Part shown: positions 1 through 12,987 of the stretch, in pieces
Layout: the number at the start of each line of letters is the position of its first letter
Numbering within the stretch: position 1 is the stretch's first letter
Source of the DNA: Chrysomallon squamiferum
Taxonomy: Eukaryota > Animalia > Mollusca
Direction: 5' to 3'
Assembly (NCBI GenBank): GCA_012295275.1
Contig: CM022677.1
Span: forward strand, 22,878,001 to 22,942,000
DNA length: 64,000 nt
The notes under the pieces: generated by a model
What the model was told of the DNA's origin: nothing
Seen by the model: only the letters and a program-made list of their open reading frames with translations
Databases searched by the model: none
Made by a program: the position numbers and the translations under genes

Positions 1-955
1 AAATGTAAAATGCAACATACCTAGCTATATGACCAAGTCATGGCTGACTGCCTTCTGTATTAAGAAAAGCAGTTCATATTTCGTCAGTCACCTAGGAAAC
101 AGAGACGTAGGATACCGCGGTAAAATGATCTCTATCCTACTGTAGCGCATAAATAATTCCCTATAGCTTCTTAAAATCTACAGAATGCAATAACTCAGTT
201 TTTATTTATTTTATTTATTTCAAAACTTAATAAAAACAAATACTTGCCGGCTAATATTGATTGTAATTAATACAAATAAATATTGCTTAAATAAAATAAC
301 TCGAATAAATTTAATGAATATATATATTCTAGAATGTAAGTGTTTAATAGCGGGAGGGAGAGAGATCGTTATTTTTGTTGTTATTATTACTACAAATAAA
401 ATGTTCTGTCTGAATGACTGATTTGCTATGTAATATTATTTAACAAATTGTGTCAAACTCTATACATGGGTTTATATTGTAATACTTGTCGTGTAAACTA
501 TGTGACCTATCTCTTATTTTTATTCTTATAACTGATGTATTTGTCTTATCACAAATACAAATGAACATTCAGAGGTCGCTGATCTCATGTTTATTTCTGA
601 CATTTTGCCTGTCATTCAATTTCATTTCATTTCTTTCTTTCTCTCTTTCTTTTTGTCTTTCTTTCTTTATTTATTTCGTTCTTTCTTCTTCTTCTTCTTG
701 AATTTAATTGAATTACGTATTCATAGAAATTGTAGTAGATGGTCAGTGGTAAGATATAGCTGTTAATTGTTTAGTTTAAATCAAGTGTTTGAATCAGTTC
801 TGTGTAAACAAATAGCACATCTATTTAGAGTAAAGCTACTTTATGATGTGGAAAGTAAAGATTTTATAGACGTTTATCACCACACCACCAACAGTTATGC
901 GTGTCGAACTACAAATTATTCTTATTATTGTTGTTACTGTTGTTGGTGTTGGTGC

Positions 956-986
<31 letters not shown>

Positions 987-1230
987 ATTATTATTATTAT
1001 TATCTCTATTGTGCTAGCTTAATTTATTTGATATGAATTAAATTGTTTCTTAACTAAAATTAAATATTTCTCCATTCATGCTAATCAGAGCAAAAATAGA
1101 TCATTATTATTTTTTCTTCATTTTTCAAAATCTGTTGTTGATGTTGTTACCCATGATGATCATTATAATCATTGTATTATTAAAAGACAATATAGTTATT
1201 TCCCTCAACCACTTAATCTAGCAAATTGAC

Positions 1231-1261
<31 letters not shown>

Positions 1262-1592
1262 AATTTCATTTTGATAAGTGAAAACGATACATGCTATTTA
1301 TTACGATTAGTTTATATTTCATTTCATTGTGAAAATGTATAACTATTTCAAATACATGTGAATACAGTTTTTCAGCTTTTTCAATTTAAATTTCACAAAT
1401 TTAGAGTAATATGTAACATCAGTTCTGATTAAAAGTTTAATTATGTGTGAGTGTGTGTGTCTGTTTGAGTGTATGTGTGTCTGAGTGTAAGTGTGTCTGT
1501 GTGTCTGTGTGAGTGTGTATATGTGTGTTTTTCATCTGTCATTTATGTTTGTTATTATTTTACTCTTTATATTATTGCTAAGTAATATATGC

Positions 1593-1637
<45 letters not shown>

Positions 1638-2619
1638 CGTTGATGATAAACTTAGAAGTTATAATAGCAGTAGCAGTGTTAGTTGTAATAATAATAATAT
1701 TATCTGTGATAGTTCTCGTTTGCACGGTGAAAAGTCAGATTGTGTAAGTGTCCTTAAAATACTCATTAAAAACACTGTTGTGACACGAATATACATGAAC
1801 CTAATTGTAACTATAGACCTATTTATCCCTATTTCTGTGTTTAAAAAAATTCAAAGCTCACAAACAAATAATTCAATAATTCGGAATTTTTAAAATATTT
1901 ACGTTAACAGCATTTTATAAAGAAATCTCGATTTTTAAGGAGCCATTATGAAGCGAGATTGTCCCTTAGAAAGTTATTTTGTAACATGTCCTACTAAGTG
2001 TTCCAGATATTCAATCTGGGTTTTTTCTTCATATTTCTAAAATGTATATTTGCGTTGATATATAAATCCAAAGTATATAAAATCATTCTTTTCAGACAGA
2101 AAAAAAAAATATAAAAAAAAAAATATAATAATAATCATAATAAAATAAATAAATAAATAAATAAAATAAATTAATCCGATAGTAATAGTAATAAAAATAA
2201 TAATGATGATGATGATGATGGCAATTATGACGAAGAAGAACAAGATGAAGAAATCAAAGAAAATAATTAAATATGTAGCTTATTTGTTTGGTAACTGACT
2301 AATCCACTGAAAATAGTCTCACGAAGCAGCTCAGTAATAAAGTGTTTGTATAATGAATAGATTTCACGATAAAAAGAAGTTTCGAAACAAGTCATTTCAA
2401 GAAAACGGCTTAAATGAAAGCGTGTACTATAATTTAGCACAGGTCATTTTAAAATTCTGTTTCATATTACTTACTAGAAAAATATTGAGTCAAACTCTAT
2501 ACATGGTTTTATGTTTTTATAATTCTTGTGTAACTATGTGGCCTAGATATTTTATTATATGTGTGTGTGTGTGTGTGTGTGTGTGAGTTGTGTGTGTGGT
2601 GTGCATGGATAAGAATATG

Positions 2620-2835
2620 ACGACATATAAAAACTTCATAATAACAATGCAATAATTTCTCGTTGTAAATACCATACAAATAATTAAGGATAGACAAAAT
2701 AGTTATCATATTACAATTGGTTTATTAGTATTGTTATTTGTTGTTCTGCTGCTGTTGTTGTTGTTGTTGTTGTTATAATTACTGTAAGTACGCCTTTAAT
2801 CTCCTACACTGAATTCCCCTTAAGATTTGAATGTA
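2620..2835. repeat. Local dispersed repeat family: direct copy at about 3840-4035, inverted copies at about 11295-11525 and 23940-24030
   Basis: Shared core TACGCC(C/T)TTAATCTCCT...CTGAATTC..TTAAGATTTGAATG and ATAACAATGCAATAATTTCTCG. Also, 1725-1805 is an inverted copy of about 8080-8157 and 21788-21863. Confidence 0.75.
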
Positions 2836-3577
2836 CATTTCATGTCCAGATCCTCTTTTACGAAAATATTTTAACAGAATAATCATTAGCTTATAAATTA
2901 CATTTTGTAATTCTAGAGACAAAAAACACAAAAAACAAACATTTCATTTGTTGATCAAACTAGTAATAATATATATTTCATAATAATAATCGAGCTATCG
3001 TTTTACAAACATTTGTCTGCTGTACGAGTGTTAAGCTTTCATGATACCTATTCCAGTGACGTCAGTCTGTGACTCTTAGAATTACAATAATATAATAGAT
3101 CTGTTTAAGTAAATTATTTTTCTGGCAAACAGATATTGTATCCAACTTAACAATATACAAAACATCCTGTACCCAGCACAAACCCACTGCCAAAACGACC
3201 TAGAACTGAATTAAACCAAAACTCCAAAAGAGTTTACCACACAACCCATACCGAAGAAGACCTTTTCTCATCTCAGCCATTTTTATTATCATTTTAATAA
3301 GTCTCGGTAAACTGTATGTGAATCTGAATGAGAAAACATCTAAGTCATGAGACAAAGCATCCGAGGCTGTTGGCTTGTCTCGATGGGAGTTGTTTCTTTG
3401 TTGTCATGTTTCTGTTGTTTGAACTGTTGTGCTTCTATTACAGGTTTCTGTCCCGTTCTGTCCTAACCTGCCATCGAAAACCGGCTTAAACGATCACATT
3501 GAATAGTTCTTTACTTAGATTTAGCACAGAACATTTTAAAATCCTATACCGTATTGTAGAATGATATACAATATAAT

Positions 3578-3654
<77 letters not shown>

Positions 3655-4095
3655 AACAGATTGTCGTTATAATGCTATTAGCATTCCGTCATGAATAAGA
3701 ATGTGAATATGACTAGAGAGAGAGAGAGAGATTATCAATAAACAGATTGTTATTATTTATTATTGTTATCAAACATATGTTATTACTACGATAAAGAGGA
3801 TCTCGACATAAAATGTAGTATTAGGTCATGAATAAGAATGTGACAACAGATATCGTTAATAACCTCATAATAACAATGCAATAATTTCTCGTTCTAAAAT
3901 AATAAAAAGTAGAACAAAAATTTTCTTAATCATATAAGTATTGCTATTTGTTGTTGTTGTTGTTGTTGTCATTGCTGTTTGTGAGGTAAATACGCCCTTA
4001 ATCTCCTGAACTGAATTCTCTTTAAGATTTGAATGGCGAGATCCTCTTTATCGTAGTAATAATATATGTTTGATAATAATAATAACAATTTATTG

Positions 4096-4143
<48 letters not shown>

Positions 4144-4995
4144 ACACAAAATATATTTTGGCATATAATTATATACATACACATTAAGTACAGTAAATGG
4201 AATTGCTATTATTTTATGTTCTATTCAGTCACATGTTTTTATATATTTAGTTTAAAGATAACGTGTTAAAATGTATTTACTTTCTGTAACACACAGTTAG
4301 ATTAGGATATAGCTGAAAATATCCTGAGATCTAACATTTACTGTTTATACATTATTTCCTGATGTTCAAGTACTTCGTCTATAGCAAACTGGCTGAGTAG
4401 AAAATAATTCTAATAAACCAAGGCGGACATTTAATAATGTAAATAACATTCAAATAACCCACAAAACAAATTTTAAAGAGTAAAAAAAAAAATTTATTAC
4501 GAACTAAATATAATGAACATAATAAAATATTTTACATAATTTAGTGGTTTTTTAAAAATTATTTTAGGAAATTGAAAAAACAAAATTATATTTCACTTAT
4601 TTATTTGGTATTATATATATTTATCTTTTTATTATTTATTTATTTTTATTACAATCGATGTTTTTTTTAAGTCTCACATTTTTATTTTAAACGACTTCTG
4701 TAAAAGAAGTTTTCAGATTTTTGTTAATTTTTAAATTATTTAATTAAATAAATGCGAAAAATGAATCATGGGTAATTAATGTTCTGTGTCAAATGTTTTA
4801 AATAAAATACATTTAGAATTAAAATGTCTGTTCTTCAATTGCAATTATAATAACTTTCTCATTGCTGGATAATGAAATATAATTACGACGACAGCGACAA
4901 ACATTTAAAGATACATAAAAAGCGAAGTGAAAAAACAAAGATGGCGGAGTAAGTGTTTAGGCGCAGGGTTTGTGACGTCACAGAACACGGGTTTG

Positions 4996-5112
4996 TCAGA
5001 ACTGGTTGTAAAACACTGCAGTGAAAACTGAAATGACAAGGACCACAACTCCTCCTAAAAAAAAGAAGAAAGAAGAATATTAAATGTTTCAGGTTGTTCA
5101 AGTGTGTGTGTC

Positions 5113-5153
<41 letters not shown>

Positions 5154-5361
5154 TTGTGTATATTTCATGTATATAATCTATAAACATAGGCATATATGTG
5201 TGTATGTATGTATCTATTTATATAGGTAAGCATGTATAGGTACGCTGTATATATATTTATGTATTATGTTTGTATGTATGTGGGTATGTATGTATGTATG
5301 TATACATGTATGTATGTATGTATGTATGTATACATGTAAGTATGTATGTATGTATGTATAC

Positions 5362-5394
<33 letters not shown>

Positions 5395-6721
5395 TGCGTG
5401 TGTGTTTGGTTTCGTAATTTAAGTTGGTGAAAAAATTACCTGTATCATGTAGTGTGTTTGTCCCACTGACATCTTCATCTGAAACAGAAGATGAAGATTT
5501 ATATGAAATTAATAAAGTATAATATATGTATGTGTGTATGTATGTATGTATGTATGTATGTATGCATGTATATAAATATGCGTGTGTGTTTGGTTTCGTA
5601 ATTTAAGTTGGTGAAAAAATTACCTATATCATGTAGTGTGTTTGTCCCATTGACGTCTTCATCTAAAACAGAAGATGAAGATTTATATCAAATTAACAAA
5701 GTATAGTATATGTATGTGTGTGTGTATGTATGTATGTATGTATGCATGTATATAAATATGCGTGTGTGTTTGGTTTCGTAATTTAAGTTGGTGAAAAAAT
5801 TACCTGTATCATGTAGTGTGTTTGTCCCACTGACATCTTCATCTAAAACAGAAGATGAAGATTTATATGAAATTAACAAAGTATAATTTTAGTGTACAAA
5901 TCTAGTTCTAAATATTTACAACTAGAAGAAACAATAACTAAATTATTATATTTTCTACCAACCTGTAGAATTATATTTATATATTAATATTTACATAGAT
6001 TCAGATATAGCTTACCCTTTATACAGTTTTCAATGTTCATCTCGCCACCTTTCTTTTGCAGATGAAATCCTTCTTTACATCTGCACTGTGTGTTTCTCAC
6101 TTTGGTGCATTTCTCTACTTCTGTTTGAGTCGTGCTGTCACACGTGTCACATTTAGCACATCTAGTAGCACGAGTGTAATTCGACTCGTAAAACCCTTCT
6201 TCACAAGGCTCACATTCTGATTCATCACCGTTCTCTGTGCAGTGTGCTACAAGTCGTGTTCCAGGAGGACACTTTTTACAGTGTACTCCATTTATTTCAT
6301 ATTGTTCGATCTGAAAAATAATATGAAAAATGTTACAGTTATCAGTTACAGTTATGTAAGGCTGACTAAGGTTCAAGTTTCAGTTTATAGTTACAATTTC
6401 ACGTTTCAGCAACAATTTAATAACATTTACTAACATCACAGTCAATCATTATGTTTTGAAAAGTCACTGATACACATGCATGGTAACACACACAGGCACA
6501 CACACACGCACACTCTATACATGCAAACTCACTAAAAAGAAAACAAAATACATCTAGTAAGCAGTGATGTTGTTGTGAAGTTGCGAGTGCGAGTAGTTTA
6601 CGTTGGATACAGGTTGAGTTGGTTAAAAACGTACCTCGTTTTCTGAACTTTCCAGAACTTTTGCTCCCACTGTTGCTCTAAATAGTAAGGCAGCCATCAA
6701 AATCCACATAAAAAGTTCCAT
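4996..6721 (-). CDS. TNF receptor superfamily member, copy 1; no cytoplasmic domain, putative GPI-anchored decoy (185 aa if all three mini-exons are used)
   Basis: Exons (minus): 6721-6635 signal peptide MELFMWILMAALLFRATVGAKVLESSENE (phase 0). 6310-6016 TNFR cysteine-rich domains (CKKCPPG...CEPCEEGFY...CAKCDTC...CTKVRNTQCRCKEGF). Three 39-nt phase 1-1 exons at 5842-5804, 5662-5624 and 5478-5440 (DEDVSGTNTLHDT-type). 5054-4996 GGVVVLVISVFTAVFYNQF-stop. All introns are GT-AG and the 558-nt frame is open. Confidence 0.9.
5340..5883 (-). repeat. Three tandem about 180-bp units, each carrying one intact 39-nt TNFR stalk exon, separated by (TATG)n
   Basis: Unit ATATGCGTGTGTGTTTGGTTTCGTAATTTAAG...GAAGATTTATAT recurs at about 5392, 5576 and 5756. 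Each copy keeps an AG acceptor and a GTAATT donor. Confidence 0.9.
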
Positions 6722-6969
6722 GTCTGTGATAACTCCAGGAAAAATAATAATAATAAACCTTAAAATGTACGCGAAAAAAGCTACTGCTGCTATGACTTAT
6801 ACTAATACTAATACTAATAACTGTATAATGGAAATGTTTACGTAAAGTAACTGACTGATTAAAGCTATCAAGGTAAATTAAGATTACTTCCTCCACTTTG
6901 ACCTTGTCTAGCCCTTTACCGCAACTGCGCATTAACACTCGTATCACGTGTTTTATCAAACCAATCACG

Positions 6970-7140
6970 TTTTATAAACGTCATGTCCGTTTCAACGCCT
7001 TCATTAAATAACTGAATCACGACGTTATCTTCCTCGGAAACTTTAACACATGATTCAGCATGCAGGAAAAAGAGATGATGGTGATCTAGTAAAAACCCAG
7101 CTTTTCAGAACAAACCTGCGAGTGAAAAAATTCCAATCTT
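6970..7140 (-). promoter_or_regulatory. Putative TNFR copy 1 promoter (TATA box with adjacent CRE-like site; weak Rel-like sites); conserved at about 20894-21064
   Basis: Minus-strand TGACGTTTATAAAA (TATAAAA at 6976-6970), about 250 nt upstream of the ATG. Locally CpG-rich. GGAATTTTTTC at about 7124-7134 only loosely resembles a kB site. Confidence 0.4.
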
Positions 7141-7322
7141 CTTCTTTGTGTGTCTTTGTGTGTTTTGGTGTATGATTATTAATCAGAAATTAACCACATT
7201 TCTTGACCAAACAAAAATTTAAACAAGAATAAAATGATGTGTTGTTTGTTTATACAGAGGTGGCCAACATTCAAACAGTTAATTTAAACTAAATAATTTT
7301 ACTCGTGCATCTTGTTATTTAG

Positions 7323-7353
<31 letters not shown>

Positions 7354-8209
7354 AATAATTATGATTATGATTATGATTATGATTATGATTATTATTATTA
7401 TTATTATCATTATTATTATTGTTATTGTTGTTGTTGTTGTTGTTATTATTATTATTATTATTATTTTTATTATATTAACATTATTATTAGTACTAGTATA
7501 GTTGTATTCTAGTTGTTGTTGTTGTTGTTGTTGTATTATTATTATTATTATTATCACTGATATTATTATTACTACTACAGCTTCTATTTTATCATCGTCA
7601 TTATTATCATTATTTATATTAGTATTATTATTATCATTATCATCATCATCATTATTATATCAGTATCTCTAAATGTACATCGAGAATTTATACTTCAAGA
7701 TCACTATTCCTTTTTAATTAGTAATTTTCATCACTGAAAAGTATATTTATTTTATTTAAAACAAATAAAATGCCTTTCATCTTTATTTTTCATAATTAGG
7801 TTAACAAAACAACATTACGAAATACACACATACACACACAGATTACTGCCATTTTTGCTGTTGTTGTTCACCTATTTAGTTAACTGTTAGCAAATTTTCA
7901 TGAATTACTTTTAACATTGTTATAGAAAGTTATTTTACGAATATATTTATTTTATCTAATTATTTATGATTACCACAGGAATCTCACTAAATTCTTCTGA
8001 ACCAAGATTTTACATTATAAATATTATAAACATTAAGAATTTTGGATTATTTTGAGCTATCACTGAAATAAGGATAAAACTAGGTTCATGCAGATTCTTG
8101 TCACAGCAGTCTGTTTTTACGAGTGTTTCAGTCACTCGTAAATCTGACTTTTCACCCAGCTTATTATTATTATTATTAGTAGTAGTAGTAGTAATAGTAT
8201 GACTGACAT

Positions 8210-8243
<34 letters not shown>

Positions 8244-8874
8244 ACTGCTACTACTATTGTTTTTGACCATTATTATTATCACTGATATTATATAATTATT
8301 ATTACTACTATTTTAGAATCATTTCTGTCATTTAAGTATTGTTATTGCTATTATCATTTATTACTAATCATCATAACCACCACCATCATCGTCATGCTCA
8401 TTATTATTATCATTACTATTGTTATTTTATCATCATTACTGTCATTAACTAGATGTTATTATTGTTATTATCATTATTTATTTATTTATTATTACTGATA
8501 TTATCACTATTACCACTGCTATTTTATCATTTATGATTACTATTGTTGCTGTTATCATACTTTATTATTATTATAATTATGATCATCATCACATGTCATA
8601 ATCATCATCGTCATTAATATCTGAACGTGTATATTCTTAATTTATTTTACACACATTAAAATGTTCCTTCATTAAAAAAAATGAAAATGTCTTTATTCCT
8701 ATTATTTAGAACTAAAATAAAATAAAGAATTTATACTTCATGATCACTATTTCTTTTTAATTAGCATTTTTCATCACTGAAAAGTTTATTTGTTTTAGTT
8801 CAATATTTTTTAAACCTTAGATTTAACAAACATTACGACTTATTTGATTAAATCAAAACTTAATATTATTATAC

Positions 8875-8976
<102 letters not shown>

Positions 8977-9070
8977 AGATTTGTTATATTTTATTGTTCA
9001 TATTAATGTGTTGTAGATGTTGAGGTTAAGTTAGAAATAGTTACAAATACTTCTGTTTGTCATTCAATGG

Positions 9071-9101
<31 letters not shown>

Positions 9102-9335
9102 AAACAGATTTGGTTGTTTTCTGGCAGCAGTAAGTTATTGTTGTTAGTATAAACTGATTTACATTCGTGTAATACATTTCTTCTTGTTATCTCAGATCAC
9201 AGCTTTGTAAAAGCACACAGAGAGATACAAACACACACATTTATATATATATATGTATATATCTGTGTATGTATGAATTTTTATATGTATGAATGTATGT
9301 ATGTTATTTATATGGTTTTGTACGTTAGTGTTTAA

Positions 9336-9394
<59 letters not shown>

Positions 9395-10070
9395 TGTGTG
9401 TGTGTGAAAGTGTTATTGTCGTAGCACGTTTGTTTAAACTGCATACAGATTTGGGAACACACTGAAACAGGCAACGGATGATGAGATCACACATCACACG
9501 TCACGATATATATGTACATATTAAAAAATATTTATATATTAATTATTATTTTATCATGAAGCTGTGATTTCTGAGATTAATGAAATATAACAAATCTCTC
9601 AGGCTCTTGACAATCTTTTTTGCCTCTGTGTGACAGGTCACATATTACTGAGAACATTAATTACTTAAGAACATTTAAATGTGGGACATTCTAAACACCT
9701 CGTTTTTAATATAGCTTCAAATCAGTTTATAAGTAAAACCGCCATTAATGAAGCAACAATAATTCAAAATAATGAAACAAACTTATTATAAAACTTAAGA
9801 CGCTGTAAAACGTTTGCTTCGCTAAACAGAAAAAGACTTCTAATACCAGTTTGCACTAAATTAGTCACTGCGTGTCTACACGTGTTTTAGTCTGAAATGT
9901 TCCTCTCCTATCTCCCACTCTGTTCGAGTGTTGCCAAGACTTCTGTGTCTACGTACGCACTGTGATTCAGTCTCTTTCCACATTTCTATCTGAACTTTTA
10001 CACATATATTATATTACATGATTTGTAAACTATGTAACTGTTTTTTATATTTTATTATTCATAAAAAAAT

Positions 10071-10411
10071 ATATCTTCTGTTTCAGATACTAATAGGAAT
10101 ACTCTATAAATATTTACAAACACAAGATGTCAAATGTACAATAATATACATATATGGAAAACATAATTTTATTTAATTTATTTTATTTATCTGGGTTCTT
10201 CTTTCATACAGTTATTTATATTTTGTTATTGTGAATACATTTTTATCTTCTGTTTCAGATACTACTAAAGGTAATAAACTTACACAAATACATTACACAC
10301 ATTACATATACCCACACATATACACATTCAAAGACTATTTTTATCTACTGTTACAGACATACTTACTACATAAATATTTTTCCTCAGATTCTGATGCCAG
10401 TGAGATGCACG
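10071..10411 (+). pseudogene. Relic of phase-1 stalk micro-exons related to the TNFR mini-exon, in opposite orientation
   Basis: The acceptor context ATCTTCTGTTTCAG|AT (same as the TNFR mini-exon at 5478) occurs at 10086 and 10258. Candidate exons: 10259-10270 (12 nt, GTAATA donor) and 10388-10411 (24 nt; GATGCCAGTGAG vs GATGTCAGTGGG). Confidence 0.4.
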
Positions 10412-10956
10412 GTACTAAAGTATTCTCGTTAGTGTACACACGCAAACACATCAGTACAGAACGATGGGGTACGAACCATAAATAATAAAAATAGCAATCA
10501 AATGCAGATACAGATTGTATTGGATATGGGTTGTGTTACTGAAAACATGACTTATTTTCGGAACTATCCTTTACGCTCTGTTCAAATCATTCTGTTAAAT
10601 GCATTTTCTCATGTGTCAGAAATGTTGACAGCAAAATAACTTACTCAAAATCGATCCTAATATATTGTTGTAATCCAGTTGAAAATTCAAACCTGTTTAG
10701 TATTAGAAATAGCTGGGAAAACAGAAATCAAACATTTTGGTTTGTTGTTGTTGTTGTTTTTTTTGTTGTTGTTTTTTGTGTTCTTAAATAATTCGTATAG
10801 CTGGTTTCAGAAATACTAAATTTGTATTTGCTTAATTTATTTCAAAATTTAATAAAAACAAATAGTTAATATTGGTTAAAGTAGGGGTGAGTGTTTTAAA
10901 ACTTCTACACCAGGACCTAGCTAAATAAATAAATAAATAAATAACAAACAAACAAA

Positions 10957-10987
<31 letters not shown>

Positions 10988-11062
10988 ATCCTGATTATAC
11001 ATATATATCTACTTCCCGGGGAAATAATATTAATAACACTTGGAATTGTTGTATACACTGTT

Positions 11063-11171
<109 letters not shown>

Positions 11172-11565
11172 ATAAACAGATTGTTATTATTATGACATGT
11201 TATTAACAAATACATTTTTTTGTATGAAATGTGCCTACATTCCCAACATTTAATTTATCAGCTGCTGATTATCCTGTAGAGATATTTTCACTAAAGCTGA
11301 ATTCACTTTAGGAGATTAAGGGCGTATTTACACTATATTACACAATCTAGTAAACCAGTAATGACAACAGCAACAACAACAAATAACAATAATAATAAAC
11401 CGATTTTAATATATTTAAAACAATTTGATTTTCTATTTTTTTCTTCTATTCATTAATCATGTTTCTAGTTTTGTCAGTGAGATTATTGCACTGTTATTAT
11501 GAGGTATTAACGATAGTTGTCGTCATAAATAAAATAAACTGAACGAATGAAAAGCTTATATAGTT

Positions 11566-11604
<39 letters not shown>

Positions 11605-12454
11605 TAGTTAAAATTGCTTTCTAAGTAACTTCATTTGCTATGTAATATTATTAACTTAAATTATGTCAGACTCTACACATGGGTTTATATTACTACAAAA
11701 ATAGATTAGCAATTCTCAGATATTTGGAAATAGGGAATTGAACAAGGGATTGAATATTATGTCAGCAGTGTTAATAGCTGACAAATATACGTAACACAAT
11801 TGTTTTCTAAGTATTTTAGTTTAACACATCTTGCAGTTTACCTTACGTATTTGTTAGAAAGATGTTAACTTTCACATCATTCTTAATTCACATATGTATA
11901 TATATATATAAGAGAATAGTGTCTCTGAATAAAACCGTCACACTTTTTTCATCATGAATGTTCGTTGAACCAGATTATTTGAAAAACATGAGCACAAAAA
12001 CGACGTACAGACCAGTATGACTAATACAAGTTATCGCTTCGCTGATTTTCATAGTCTTTCAGTTAGCTCGTTCATATAGTGATGATAAATGATGCAGTAC
12101 AAAGTCAAAGCATTTTCTAATGTCAGTGTTTCCAATATCAAATAGTTTAAATAATAATAATAATAGCTGTAATAGTAGTATTACTACAACTGCTATTACT
12201 ACTACTACTACTACTACTAATAATAATAATAATAATAAAACGTTTTGATAGAAGATTTTCTAACAACATAACTACCTATCCATAACAACAAATTCTACTC
12301 CACAAAACTGTTAATAAAAATTACTGAATTTTTGTCTTCTTATTTAACCTGAATGTATTCTGTTCCAACCAGTGTCTCACGACATGTGTATCAGATAATT
12401 ATTAACGTGTTTCTGTTTTATCCGCAGAGTGGAAAACATAAAGACATGTTTGAT

Positions 12455-12987
12455 GTTACTTATGTGTGTATAATGTGTGGTGTTGTTACTGATGTGTGTG
12501 TAACGTGTGGTGCTGTTACTGATGTGTGTGTAACGTGTCGTGCTGTTACTGATGTGTGTAACGTGTAGTGATGTTACTGATGTGTGTGTAACGTGTAGTG
12601 CTGTTACTGATGTGTGTGTAACGTGTAGTGCTGTTACTGATGTGTGTAACGTGTTGTGCTGTTACCGATGTGTGTGTAACGTGTAGTGATGTTACTGATG
12701 TGTGTGTAACGTGTAGTGCTGTTACTGATGTGTGTGTAACGTGTAGTGCTGTTACTGATGTGTGTGTAACGTGTAGTGCTGTTACTGATGTGTGTGTAAC
12801 GTGTCATGATGTTACTGATGTGTGTGTAACGTGTAGTGATGTTACTGATGTGTGTGTAACGTGTAGTGCTGTTACTGGTGTGTGTGTAACGTGTCGTGCT
12901 GTTACTGATGTGTGTGTAACGTGTAGTGCTGTTACTGATGTGTGTGTAACGTGTCGTGCTGTTACTGATGTGTGTGTAACGTGTAGT
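12455..12987. repeat. 30-bp minisatellite, about 18 copies
   Basis: Consensus GTTACTGATGTGTGTGTAACGTGTAGTGCT. Two units lack one GT dinucleotide. Each unit has an internal GTTAC/GTAAC inversion. Confidence 0.95.

Noticed and set aside
1880-2030. Non-repetitive block with TTAA and a short inverted repeat AATCTCG/CGAGATT, possible DNA-transposon fragment
   Set aside because: No second terminus or second copy in the window, so it cannot be supported without a repeat-library search.
6678-6968. 96-aa ORF conserved in both duplication units (also 20602-20892), and similarly 8010-8282 / 21716-21997
   Set aside because: Non-ATG start, and it overlaps the TNFR 5' UTR and exon 1 in a different frame. 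The conservation simply reflects near-identity of the duplicated DNA.
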